In this document: in pieces, positions 7,728 to 16,656 of the stretch
How the letters are laid out: the number at the start of each line of letters is the position of its first letter
Position numbering within the stretch: position 1 is the stretch's first letter
From: a virus
Taxonomy: Duplodnaviria > Caudoviricetes
IMG/VR virus record: IMGVR_UViG_3300032257_000446
Span: 1 to 24,896 of that record
Reading direction: 5' to 3' (one strand)
Length of the DNA stretch: 24,896 nucleotides
Notes under the pieces: model-generated
Seen by the model: the letters and a program-made list of their open reading frames with translations, nothing else
Told to the model about the DNA's origin: nothing
The model's database searches: none
Program-made: the position numbers and the translations under genes

Positions 7728-7990
7728 TGGCCGACCCTGTTGACTTCAAAGGAAGCAACCTTGTTCTGGGCGCGCCAGAGGGGGTGGAGAATGTTTCGCC
7801 GCTCCCGGTTTTTCGCACCCAGGCACAAGTGATTTCTTGCTGGAAGCTGTCCGTTGCAGAGCTGGCAGAAGTTAACCGGACAGGCTGCGTTTACCTCGCG
7901 GTGATGGGGCACACCCAGCCACCAGTCTATCTGGCAAGTGAGAAAGCCATGCGTGGTTTTGCGAAGCCATTTGGGGTTTGGCCGGAATGA
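7727..7990 (+). CDS. Hypothetical phage protein
   Basis: GGAGG RBS, TGATG coupling; Q.ISCWKLS..EL..V..TG.VYL..G..QPPV looks like a real conserved small protein. Confidence 0.7.
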   Translation: MADPVDFKGSNLVLGAPEGVENVSPLPVFRTQAQVISCWKLSVAELAEVNRTGCVYLAVMGHTQPPVYLASEKAMRGFAKPFGVWPE

Positions 7991-7994
7991 AATG

Positions 7995-8200
7995 CGCGTT
8001 CCCTCGCACACAGGGGACGTGAGTAGCGGCGGCTGCGAAAGCAGACGGAAGTCGGTGAGACGGGAAGGGACTCGAGCAGTGACGAAGACGGACCCGGCAA
8101 CAGGTGGTACGGCCCGCAAGGCCCCCATGGCAGGTGCGCGTAGCCTGATGTGCGCTCAGGCTGTCCCGGTAAGGGCAATGTCAGTCCTGTCTCCCGCCGC
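7995..8200 (+). ncRNA. Candidate structured RNA (multi-branch, GNRA tetraloops)
   Basis: Long-range stems 8026-8032/8194-8200 and 8057-8065/8185-8193; hairpins 7995-8021, CTGC-GAAA-GCAG, GAC-GGAA-GTC, AGCCTGA/TCAGGCT; lies in the largest gap in the early operon. Confidence 0.55.
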
Positions 8201-8221
8201 GATTTTTCTAGAGAGGGTGAC

Positions 8222-8443
8222 ATGATCAAAAAACCAAACGCTCCGTATACGGCGCATATAGAAGATGGGCAACCCATGGTGCGGGATGCCCATGGACAGA
8301 TTATCTGCACGCCGCGTCTGAAAATGTATGCGGACATGATTTCGGATGCTCTCAACGCTCATGAAGACAGGGTCACAATCACGGGCGGCAGTGAAGTGTC
8401 TGACATTGTTGTGCCGTTCAAACTTGGGGAGAAACGGCATTGA
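8222..8443 (+). CDS. Hypothetical phage protein
   Basis: GAGGGTG RBS before ATG 8222. Confidence 0.6.
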   Translation: MIKKPNAPYTAHIEDGQPMVRDAHGQIICTPRLKMYADMISDALNAHEDRVTITGGSEVSDIVVPFKLGEKRH

Positions 8444-8628
8444 AGCCCTACGAGATTTCGCAGCGCTCAAAAAAAGTGCTGGAGCACCGCGCGGTTTGTC
8501 AGCAGATGCGCGTCTTGTTTGAACTTGGCGTCGACACGGTGGCGATTTCCAAGGAGCTGAAGATGTCGGAGGCAGCTGTCTACAACCAGCTTTTCGCTGA
8601 TGAGCCAAAAAAAGGAGCGGCGGCATGA
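8440..8628 (+). CDS. Small HTH-like protein
   Basis: LFELGVDTVAISKELKMSEAAVYNQL; TTG start coupled to the previous stop. Confidence 0.6.
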   Translation: MKPYEISQRSKKVLEHRAVCQQMRVLFELGVDTVAISKELKMSEAAVYNQLFADEPKKGAAA

Positions 8629-8918
8629 AGGACATTGTTCTGCATGATGAGGGGAACTATTCGGACCCTTGGGGCATTGAACAAGAATGGTATGCGCAAC
8701 CGGGCTGCCATCTTTACACCGGCTATTTCGCGAACGCCGTGCAGGTCTGGTCTTCACTGCAGGAGCCGGAGGACGTAAGCGTCGGGACGGCTGCGCTTGC
8801 CTTCAATTGCGCGGCGGAGATCATCAAACAAGCTGTTGAGCATCATCCGTACATGTATCTCAGCGCCGATGAGGGCGACCCGCTGCATGAGCATAAAATC
8901 GAACATGACGGGGAGTAG
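8625..8918 (+). CDS. Hypothetical phage protein
   Basis: AAGGAG RBS; ATGA coupling. Confidence 0.65.
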   Translation: MKDIVLHDEGNYSDPWGIEQEWYAQPGCHLYTGYFANAVQVWSSLQEPEDVSVGTAALAFNCAAEIIKQAVEHHPYMYLSADEGDPLHEHKIEHDGE

Positions 8919-8923
8919 CTGAC

Positions 8924-9427
8924 ATGCTGATGAGTTTTTCCGTCCCTGAAATGCGGCCCATGGTCGAGGCAGGTGTAAAACAATGGCAAGGCCATGATGT
9001 TGGGACCGCCCGCGTCAAACGTCAGACGATCCGGAAACTCGGCCCGAAATATGCACCCATCGTTGAAGCATATGCGAACCGGGAGATTTCTTCGGTCCCG
9101 CTACATTTGTGGTGGAAGTCGCGGACACCCGAGAAGGAGTTCATCGGCCAAGTAGATGCCACTATCTCCCGGTGTTCGATCGACCGTTGTTGTTTGGCGC
9201 TCTACGGAGAGTTTATCACCGTGCGCATCAACCCTCGACAGCCTGGCGAGGACATCCGCCTCCCGCAACAGGTGCTGACCTGGAACCTCGGTAGAGCAGC
9301 TGATGAACAATTCATAGCGTTCGATGTCTTTGCGCGTGCTGACGGCTTCAACAGCGCGCGGGAGTTTGCAGATTATTTTGCCCCTGAGTGCGGCGATCGG
9401 TTTGAGGGGGCGTTGTTTCGATGGTGA
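8924..9427 (+). CDS. ASCH/PUA-like domain protein
   Basis: MSFS.......G..KRQTIR...LHLW...RT and FARADGF....F..YF pattern. Confidence 0.55.
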   Translation: MLMSFSVPEMRPMVEAGVKQWQGHDVGTARVKRQTIRKLGPKYAPIVEAYANREISSVPLHLWWKSRTPEKEFIGQVDATISRCSIDRCCLALYGEFITVRINPRQPGEDIRLPQQVLTWNLGRAADEQFIAFDVFARADGFNSAREFADYFAPECGDRFEGALFRW

Positions 9428-10878
9428 GGCCACTTATCGTTGACAGTTTTGCCGGAGGTGGCGGCGCCTCAACCGGGATTGAATTGGCCCTCGGTCGCAG
9501 TCCTGACATTGCGATCAACCACGATGAGGCGGCACTTGCGATGCACGCTGCTAATCATCCAGACACGCTGCACCTTTCAGAAAACATCTGGCAAGTAGAC
9601 CCGTTTGACGTGATTGACCGCCGCCCAATCGGGCTGGCATGGTTTTCGCCCGACTGCAAGGACTTCTCCAAAGCTAAAGGTGGCAAACCAGTCCAGAAGA
9701 ATATTAGAGACCTTGCATGGGTGGTTGTCCGTTGGGCCAGGTTGCGTTCTCCCATGAAGCCAAGAGTTATCATGGTTGAGAACGTCGAGGAGTTTCAGCA
9801 ATGGGGCCCGCTAAAGGGAGATGAACCCGATCCTGATCGGAGAGGTGAGACCTTTAGAAAGTGGATCAGAGCGCTACGCGGGCTTGGATACAAGGTTGAA
9901 TGGCGCGAGCAACGCGCTCACCAGTTTGGTGCGCCCACGATCCGGAAGCGTCTTTTCATCATTGCTCGTTGCGACGGTGAGCCGATTGTTTGGCCCGATG
10001 CGACGCACGGAAAGGCCGATAGCGCAGATGTTCAATCTGGAAAGCTCCTGCCATGGCGCACGGCGGCAGAATGTATTGACTGGTCACTACCTTGTCCGTC
10101 GATCTTCGACACGAGACAAGAGATATTGAAAAAATATGGGTTGAGGGCCAACCGTCCCCTGCGGCCAAACACACTGGAACGGGTAGCAAAAGGGGTGAAA
10201 CGCTATGTGCTGGACTCGGCGGACCCTTTTATCGTGCACGTGCAGAACGCCTCGAACCCCAATGGAACGAACTCAATTCACGAACCGTTGAGGACGATCA
10301 CTGCGAGCCCGAAGGGGGGTGGTATGGCGTTGGTCGCTGCGTTCATGGCACAGCACAATACCGGCGTTGTTGGGCATCCCGTGGCTAAGCCACTCTCGAC
10401 CGTGACCGGACGGGGAACGCAGCAACAACTTGTTGCCGCTCATATGATGAACATGAAGGGAAGTGCGAGAAGCGCCCGCTCGATCGAGGAGCCCCTTGCA
10501 GCCATCACCGCTGGCGGGACACACGCCGCTCAGGTCTGTGCTTTTCTCACCAAATATTACGACACTAACCAGGCACCTGAGCTGCGAGAGCCCTTCCACA
10601 CCGTCACGACGAAAGACCGTTTCTCGCTTGTCACTGTCAATGTCGCCGGAGAGCCTTACGTGATTTACGACATTGGTATGCGGATGCTGACTGCGCGTGA
10701 ATTGTTCCGCGCGCAAGGCTTTCCGGACGACTATACGATTGACCTTCGTCACAAAAACAAGCCGTTGACCAAGACTGTCCAGGTTGAGAAGTGCGGAAAT
10801 GCAGTCTGCCCGCAGAACGCTGCGGCCAATATTCGTGCCAATTGTGGGTTCCTGATGGAAGAGAGGGCTGCGGCATGA
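9421..10878 (+). CDS. C5 DNA cytosine methyltransferase
   Basis: Motif I DSFAGGGG, IV SPDC, VI ENV, VIII RKRLF, IX RELFRAQGFP, X GNAV. Confidence 0.93.
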   Translation: MVRPLIVDSFAGGGGASTGIELALGRSPDIAINHDEAALAMHAANHPDTLHLSENIWQVDPFDVIDRRPIGLAWFSPDCKDFSKAKGGKPVQKNIRDLAWVVVRWARLRSPMKPRVIMVENVEEFQQWGPLKGDEPDPDRRGETFRKWIRALRGLGYKVEWREQRAHQFGAPTIRKRLFIIARCDGEPIVWPDATHGKADSADVQSGKLLPWRTAAECIDWSLPCPSIFDTRQEILKKYGLRANRPLRPNTLERVAKGVKRYVLDSADPFIVHVQNASNPNGTNSIHEPLRTITASPKGGGMALVAAFMAQHNTGVVGHPVAKPLSTVTGRGTQQQLVAAHMMNMKGSARSARSIEEPLAAITAGGTHAAQVCAFLTKYYDTNQAPELREPFHTVTTKDRFSLVTVNVAGEPYVIYDIGMRMLTARELFRAQGFPDDYTIDLRHKNKPLTKTVQVEKCGNAVCPQNAAANIRANCGFLMEERAAA

Positions 10879-11582
10879 CTCCAAATACCAGCGCGGCAGT
10901 CATGAACCAAAGGCGGGAGCCTCCTGACAGTCTCGACTATTTTCCAACGCCACCATGGGCCGCGCGCGCGTTCTGCGATCATGTTTTTGAAGGTGAAGCA
11001 AAAAAGCTCATTGCCTATGACCCGGCCTGTGGGGAAGGTCATATGGTTGCTGGGCTCCGCGATGCATTCGGGACCGTACATGGCAGCGACGTTTTTGATT
11101 ATGGGCGGAACTTTCCAGTCAGTGATTTTCTGGATACGACACTTGGCACGAAATCGTTGCCGGGTGGGCGGGTGGACTGGATCATCACGAACCCGCCGTT
11201 TAACGCGGCGCTCGATTTTCTGAAAGCGGCGTTCGCCGCTCGCCCCCGTAAGGGAATTGCGTTTTTGCTGCGCACCGTCTGGCTTGAGTCCGGTGAGCGC
11301 CATAAGGAAATCTTCGATGGGCCGCTGCGTCCTGTCTCTGTCTATATCTCTGTCGATCGTATCCCCATGGTCAAAGGAAGATATGACCATGGCGCCCGCT
11401 CTGCCACATCCTACGCATGGTTTGTATTTGACGTGGCGCAGATCGAACGGTGTCAGACGCTACGCATGAACCAGCTACCGCCTGTTGAGGTGAAATGGCT
11501 CCCGCCAGGCGGAAGGAAGAAGTTCTACGACCGGCGAGATCTCACCATTGGGGCCTGGGAACCGGAGGGGGAGCTGATTTGA
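10875..11582 (+). CDS. SAM-dependent amino (N6-adenine-type) DNA methyltransferase
   Basis: DYFPTP, DPACGEG, ITNPPF motifs; ATGA coupling. Confidence 0.85.
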   Translation: MTPNTSAAVMNQRREPPDSLDYFPTPPWAARAFCDHVFEGEAKKLIAYDPACGEGHMVAGLRDAFGTVHGSDVFDYGRNFPVSDFLDTTLGTKSLPGGRVDWIITNPPFNAALDFLKAAFAARPRKGIAFLLRTVWLESGERHKEIFDGPLRPVSVYISVDRIPMVKGRYDHGARSATSYAWFVFDVAQIERCQTLRMNQLPPVEVKWLPPGGRKKFYDRRDLTIGAWEPEGELI

Positions 11583-11815
11583 CCTTCTTCCTGCAGATCC
11601 ACTGCGCAGATGCGCCAGAGCTGCGGGAAAAGTGTGACGACTGGGACGGCGCCAGTCTGCAGCTGCAGACCGAGCATACGGAAGAAGCGTTGATAACGGG
11701 TAAGCGTGTTTTGGAATCGATCGCGCGGCGCCATGGATGGAAGCGAAAACGGCGGGGGTGGGTATGTCCGCACTGCCTGACCTTAGAGGGTAAAGTGCAT
11801 GCAAAGCAAAGCTGA
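11579..11815 (+). CDS. Small Cys-containing hypothetical protein
   Basis: TTG start overlapping the previous stop; ..GW.....WVCPHC. Confidence 0.55.
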   Translation: MTFFLQIHCADAPELREKCDDWDGASLQLQTEHTEEALITGKRVLESIARRHGWKRKRRGWVCPHCLTLEGKVHAKQS

Positions 11816-12083
11816 CTATGTGCGAGCGGCGCCACAGTCCCGCAAGCATCATTGCCATTGGCCGGGTTGCCGCAAAGAGGTGCCGCCTGCCATGTGGGGC
11901 TGCAACACGCATTGGTTCAAGTTGCCGAAGGAACTTCGGACCCGGATTTTCCGCGCCTTCCGCCCCGGCCAGGAGGTGGATCAACAACCCTCGCTGGAAT
12001 ATCTCGAGGTGGCAATCGAGGTGCGGCGCTGGGTCCAGAAACACCATCCAGAAACGCCAGATATGTTCGGAGGGAAGTCATGA
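11799..12083 (+). CDS. Putative zinc-binding phage protein
   Basis: HHCHWPGC....PPAMWGC..HWFKLP..LR. Confidence 0.7.
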   Translation: MQSKADYVRAAPQSRKHHCHWPGCRKEVPPAMWGCNTHWFKLPKELRTRIFRAFRPGQEVDQQPSLEYLEVAIEVRRWVQKHHPETPDMFGGKS

Positions 12084-12544
12084 GGCACCGGCAGAGTCGA
12101 CGTAGACACGCCCACCGACCAAGCGGACGGGTGTTGAACAAGATGGCGAAGACGGCACGGGCGGCGGAGCTATATGTCCCCGGAGCGCAAACGTGTCCTG
12201 ACTGTCAGTGTTGGCTCATGACATCGACGTTGCATGCAAAGACGGGGCGCGTGTCTGCACGGGATGAGACCCAAGTCTGTCCGAACGGCTGTGGGACGAT
12301 GCGCAAGGTGACCTGGAAGGAATATGCCGAGTCGTCAGAGGAGGCCCTTCTACAGAAGGGTAAGACCATCAACAAGCTGACAGATGCGCTCTGCTTTTAT
12401 GCTGATGAAGACACATACGTTTGCACCCGTATCGCCATGCGACATGTTAATCCGCCGTCCATCATTTATGACAGGGGAGAGCGTGCGCGGCGCGCGCTTG
12501 ATCCAGATGCGATTAAGTCAGAGGAGTTGAATGACCCAGTCTGA
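12080..12544 (+). CDS. Hypothetical zinc-ribbon protein
   Basis: CPDC...CPNGC; GGAGGG RBS; ATGA coupling. Confidence 0.6.
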   Translation: MRHRQSRRRHAHRPSGRVLNKMAKTARAAELYVPGAQTCPDCQCWLMTSTLHAKTGRVSARDETQVCPNGCGTMRKVTWKEYAESSEEALLQKGKTINKLTDALCFYADEDTYVCTRIAMRHVNPPSIIYDRGERARRALDPDAIKSEELNDPV

Positions 12545-15392
12545 GGCCCACAAGGCGGCGCTGAAATTCGCGGAACGCGGCATTCCGGTTTTTCCGTGCT
12601 CGCCTGCAAAGAAGAATCCTTTGACGGAAAGCGGTCTTAAGGCGGCGACCACTGACCCGCGTCAAATCCGCATCTGGTGGGAGACCTGGCCCAAAGCCAT
12701 GATTGGCATGCCATGTGGTGAGGCGTCAGGCGTGTTCGTGGTCGACCTGGACCCGCGCGACCATCCGGTCGGGGATATGCTCGCTGCGCTTGATGAGTGG
12801 TGCGGAGGTCTTCCAAAAGGCCCGATCGCAGAGACCCAGTCTGGCGGGCTTCACATTTGGTTTCACTATCCTGCAGGCATGTTGGATGAAACCGTCAAGC
12901 TCGGGAACAAGGCAAATCTGTTTAAGCGTGTCGGGGAATTTGAGGGCGTAGAAGCCGCGCCGGAGGCCATTGCCACTCATGTTGATGTGCGGAGCGAGGG
13001 CGGTTACGTGATCGTTCCACCTAGTGTGATGGGGACCGGCAACAAGTACACCTGGCACACGCGACCGTCGACCAAGGGCGACAAGTTCACCGCGCCGCAT
13101 GCGCCATCAAAGCTGCTAGACCTGATCATAGGACGGGGCAGCTTTTCCCCCGAGAACCGTGGACGGCCCAAGGCGGCACCTGCAGCTGCGCCGGAGAATT
13201 CGCGCGAGGGTAAGGGCTCGATCGAGACTGCGGTCGAGGAGGAGGTGCGAAAATACGCGCTCTCTGCCCTGGACAAGGAATGCAATGAGTTGGCCCGTGA
13301 GGGATCTGGGGGCCGGAATCAAGCGCTCAACAATGCGGCCTTGAAGCTCGGCGGGTTGGTGTCGGCTGGTGCGTTGTCGGAGGCGGTGTTGATTGCCGCG
13401 CTCGAGGAAGCGGCTAGCAAAAACGGGTTGGTCGCAGATGACGGCCTTCACTCAGTACAAGCGACGATCGAGAGCGGGCTCACCGCAGGCAAGAAGACAC
13501 CCCGCGACCTGGACGACATTCGCCAGAACCACCGCGAACGCTTGACCCGTGGTCAGCAACGAACCGCCCGAAGGGCGAGAGGCCCGGCGCAGCCGGGACC
13601 AAATCCCTTGTCTGAAAAACCCCCGGCTTCCTCTTCTCGCACCCCCGCACCCCCTCCTTCGGGAGAGGGATGGCCAAAACCCTCGCAGTTTGTCCCACCT
13701 GATGGCTTCGCCGAGGGTTCGCATAGCGGACCCATGCCTGAGGAGGGGGGCGCGCATGCGAATTTCGGAGTGCCTATCGACGATATTGAGTGGGGATCGA
13801 GCCTTCCGATGAATGACACGGGGAACGGGCAACGCTTCCTACGATATTTCGGTGCGAACCTCCTGCATGTGCGCGAGGTCGGCTGGTATGGGTGGCACCA
13901 CACCCATTGGGAGCGGCTGGGCGGTGATGAGTATGCCACCAGATGTGCGCAACGAACCGGCGCTCTGATCAATGTCGAGGCCAATGTGTTGGAACTGTGG
14001 CCGGATGAGCAAGCCGAACTTGATAGAGCGGTTGCGCTCAAAAAGATTGACCCAGATGATCTAGATGACGATCAGAAAGCGGCCTTGGCGCGCGCGAAGA
14101 TGGTGAAGAAGCGCCTGTCTGAGAGGCGCGCGCAGCGGCGAAAGTTCTCCATATCCTCGGGCAATAGCACGAAGATTAAAGGGATGATCACGCAGGCTTT
14201 GCCGCACCGGACTGTCTGCCCGGACGACATGGACGCCGCGCCCATGGACATCAATTTCAAGAACGGGACGCTGTCCGCTGCACAGGTGGAGGATGAAGAT
14301 AGTCCGGACCCGGATGTTATTCGCAGTCGAGCTGCATTTTCTTTCCGAGAGCATCAGCGCGACGATCACATTACCAAGCTGATGCCAGCGATTTATGATC
14401 CGGAGGCGACGTGTCCCAAATGGCTTGAGATGCTGGAAATGTTTCAGCCAAATCCGGCGATGCGAGAATTTTTGCAGGTCTATTGTGGCTATGCCATGAC
14501 GGCGAAGACCGATGAGCAAGTGCTGATCTTCAATTATGGAACTGGGGCGAACGGCAAGTCGACCTTCACTGAGGCGATCAGAAGGTTGTTCGGCCAATAT
14601 GCGACGACGCTCAATCCGGAGTCTGTGGCGGGTGATGGTCAGCGCCGGGGCGACCAGGCCACGCCGGACATTGCTGATCTGCCAGCCGCGCGATTGGTGA
14701 TCGTTTCGGAGCTGCCAAAGAATGTTCCAATCAAAGAGAATTTGATTAAGGCGCTGACAGGTGGCGAACCGATGAAGGCGCGGCACCTGCAACAAGGTTT
14801 CTTTGAGTTCACACCAGAATTCAAGGCGATCATGTCCGGCAACAGCATGCCCAATATTCTAGGCTCAGATTTTGGCATCTGGCGGCGGCTGTTGATCGTG
14901 CCCTGGCGGGTAACGATGGAGCAGACCAACACGAAGAAACGAAAGATGGCGGACGTGTTGGCGGAGTTTGATGCCGAGCGATCGGGCATTCTGAATTGGC
15001 TGCTCAAGGGTCTTGAGATCTACCTCACTTCCGGATTGCAGGTTCCTCCTGAAGTCGAACAGCTGACCGCTGAACACCGTCAAGATGTGGACCGCGTTGG
15101 CAACTTTATTCGGACGCAGTTGGTGTTGCTCAACCGTGAGGAGTGTGACCGGGAGGCAAACCAGAAGGGCGGAGAGGTGCCCGGTATTCAGGCCAGCTAT
15201 CTCTATGAATGCTTCTGCGCCTGGTGTGACGAGAATGGCTACAAAGTCCTGTCTCAAACCGCCTTTGGGAAGGAAATGCCGCAACACGACATTAAGCGGG
15301 AAGACAAGCGCATTCGCCGCTATCTCTACATCGCGCACCATCCCGAGGCCATCAAGCCAGTTTTGAGTAAGGAAGACGCCTATCCTCCGTGA
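12531..15392 (+). CDS. Bifunctional primase-polymerase fused to D5/P4-alpha-like SF3 helicase
   Basis: N-term GIPVFPC..K.P, VVDLD, TQSGGLHIWF, DVRSEGGYVIVPPS; C-term D5_N region, Walker A GTGANGKS, IKALTGGEP, GIWRRL. Confidence 0.93.
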   Translation: MTQSEAHKAALKFAERGIPVFPCSPAKKNPLTESGLKAATTDPRQIRIWWETWPKAMIGMPCGEASGVFVVDLDPRDHPVGDMLAALDEWCGGLPKGPIAETQSGGLHIWFHYPAGMLDETVKLGNKANLFKRVGEFEGVEAAPEAIATHVDVRSEGGYVIVPPSVMGTGNKYTWHTRPSTKGDKFTAPHAPSKLLDLIIGRGSFSPENRGRPKAAPAAAPENSREGKGSIETAVEEEVRKYALSALDKECNELAREGSGGRNQALNNAALKLGGLVSAGALSEAVLIAALEEAASKNGLVADDGLHSVQATIESGLTAGKKTPRDLDDIRQNHRERLTRGQQRTARRARGPAQPGPNPLSEKPPASSSRTPAPPPSGEGWPKPSQFVPPDGFAEGSHSGPMPEEGGAHANFGVPIDDIEWGSSLPMNDTGNGQRFLRYFGANLLHVREVGWYGWHHTHWERLGGDEYATRCAQRTGALINVEANVLELWPDEQAELDRAVALKKIDPDDLDDDQKAALARAKMVKKRLSERRAQRRKFSISSGNSTKIKGMITQALPHRTVCPDDMDAAPMDINFKNGTLSAAQVEDEDSPDPDVIRSRAAFSFREHQRDDHITKLMPAIYDPEATCPKWLEMLEMFQPNPAMREFLQVYCGYAMTAKTDEQVLIFNYGTGANGKSTFTEAIRRLFGQYATTLNPESVAGDGQRRGDQATPDIADLPAARLVIVSELPKNVPIKENLIKALTGGEPMKARHLQQGFFEFTPEFKAIMSGNSMPNILGSDFGIWRRLLIVPWRVTMEQTNTKKRKMADVLAEFDAERSGILNWLLKGLEIYLTSGLQVPPEVEQLTAEHRQDVDRVGNFIRTQLVLLNREECDREANQKGGEVPGIQASYLYECFCAWCDENGYKVLSQTAFGKEMPQHDIKREDKRIRRYLYIAHHPEAIKPVLSKEDAYPP

Positions 15393-15397
15393 CGATG

Positions 15398-15665
15398 GTT
15401 GCGAGGGTGCCGCGAGGCTTGGACTGCCAAGGGTCGGGGGGCGAAAACGGAGTCAAAACAAGCGGTTAGGGGACACTTGCGAGGGTTGCGAGGGTTAAGC
15501 CCCCGCTACACGTGAACATGAAAGACCAGAGGTCCCTAATACACGATGTAACTCTCTCAACTCTCTCAACTATCGTAGAGAAAAGGTAAGTCTATGAATA
15601 AGAAGGCAAATCCAGAAAGCGAGGGCAGCGGCTGGTTGGAAAATGACCCTCGCAACTCTCGCGAA
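15398..15665. repeat. Iteron cluster, probable phage replication origin
   Basis: TTGCGAGGGT at 15399, 15477, 15486; inverted ACCCTCGCAA at 15646; degenerate inverted ACTCTCTCAA at 15551 and 15560. Confidence 0.65.
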
Positions 15666-16316
15666 ACCACTCAGCGGGACCCAAAAGCTGCTGCAGCAAG
15701 CCTGAAACAGCAGGGAGACCCGCTGCGCATCACCGGCACGACCCGCCAACAGCACCGACGGGCCAGCGAGGTTGAAAAGCTGCTCAAAGGCACGCCGCTC
15801 GCCAAAGTACGCGGGAAGGGCAAACTCTCTCGCAGGGCTTTTGAGGCAGGCGCCACGGTTCACCGGCTCTTTCTGGCAGGTGTTGGCGGGGTGCGCGGGA
15901 TAGATTTTACACAGGAAAAGGTGGATGGCGGGCGGTTTGATCCGCAACACCAGTTTTCCGGCTCCATTGATGCATGGCGACAGCTGGCGGCGATGATCGA
16001 AGAAAGCCGGATGGGAGATCGGGCTGCTGCGGTTGTGCTGAGGGTGGCAGGCCAGGAGGAACAGCTTGTCAGCGTGGCGCTCGATTTTGAGACCAACGAA
16101 AAGCTGAGAGCGCAGGGAAAGTGCAGTCGCATTACCGAGGGGGTGGTAAGCCAACTCCTGCGCGACGGATTGGAAGCGTTGGGGGCTGCCAACAGCAAGC
16201 GGGCGGCGGACCGGCTGGACCGAAAGTCGCAAGCTGTGCTGTCTTGGATGGAAGAGGGCGCGCGCCCCAGTACAACGACATATGGCGATCGTCCGGACTT
16301 GGGCAAGCGCAAGTGA
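15594..16316 (+). CDS. Hypothetical protein in the late-regulator (Q) position, DUF6456-like
   Basis: GIDF...KVDGG motif and C-terminal helical region ending LRDGLEAL; last gene of the early operon. Confidence 0.65.
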   Translation: MNKKANPESEGSGWLENDPRNSRETTQRDPKAAAASLKQQGDPLRITGTTRQQHRRASEVEKLLKGTPLAKVRGKGKLSRRAFEAGATVHRLFLAGVGGVRGIDFTQEKVDGGRFDPQHQFSGSIDAWRQLAAMIEESRMGDRAAAVVLRVAGQEEQLVSVALDFETNEKLRAQGKCSRITEGVVSQLLRDGLEALGAANSKRAADRLDRKSQAVLSWMEEGARPSTTTYGDRPDLGKRK

Positions 16317-16321
16317 GGGTC

Positions 16322-16399
16322 ACTTCTTCACCGAACTCCTTCACGGAACTCCTTCACGGAACTCCTTCACGGAACTCCTGCACGGAACTCCTTCACTGG
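16322..16399. repeat. 13-bp tandem repeat, 6 copies (ACTCCTTCACGGA)
   Basis: Units start at 16322, 16335, 16348, 16361, 16374, 16387; three are exact. Confidence 0.95.
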
Positions 16400-16656
16400 G
16401 GTTCTGATGGTTGAGGCCAATCGTCTGGACGGTAGCCGTGGAGATAGGCCAGCATCAGGCGCGCCACTGCTGGCGTGATGGCTTTTCTGCCAGTTTCCAT
16501 ATCGTAGATTTGGCCTTGGGCCTGTTTCCCGCTATAGCCCAACACGGCGGCGAGTGCCGGACGTGAGAGGCCTAGAGACAATCGGGCATCGCAGAATGCT
16601 TGCCCAATATCCTTGCCCTTACCCTGCAGCTGGGCGCTTTCTGTGATCACGTTCAT
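16393..16656 (-). CDS. Small XRE-family HTH protein
   Basis: ARLSLGLSRPALAAVLGY......IYDMETGRKAI; AAGGAGG RBS. Confidence 0.85.
   Translation of the reverse strand: MNVITESAQLQGKGKDIGQAFCDARLSLGLSRPALAAVLGYSGKQAQGQIYDMETGRKAITPAVARLMLAYLHGYRPDDWPQPSEPQ

Noticed and set aside
8033-8162. Hammerhead ribozyme (CTGATG and GAAA present)
   Set aside because: Core reads CTGATGT rather than CUGANGA and the stems do not fit hammerhead topology
7938-8225. 95-aa ORF across the early-operon gap
   Set aside because: No clear RBS or protein-like pattern; extensive base-pairing explains the region better, though coding is not excluded
12703-15366. Many alternative-frame and antisense ORFs within the primase and other long genes
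   Set aside because: Shadow ORFs expected in GC-rich coding DNA; no motifs
16322-16399. Possible CRISPR array
   Set aside because: 13-bp units are contiguous with no spacers, and there are no cas genes
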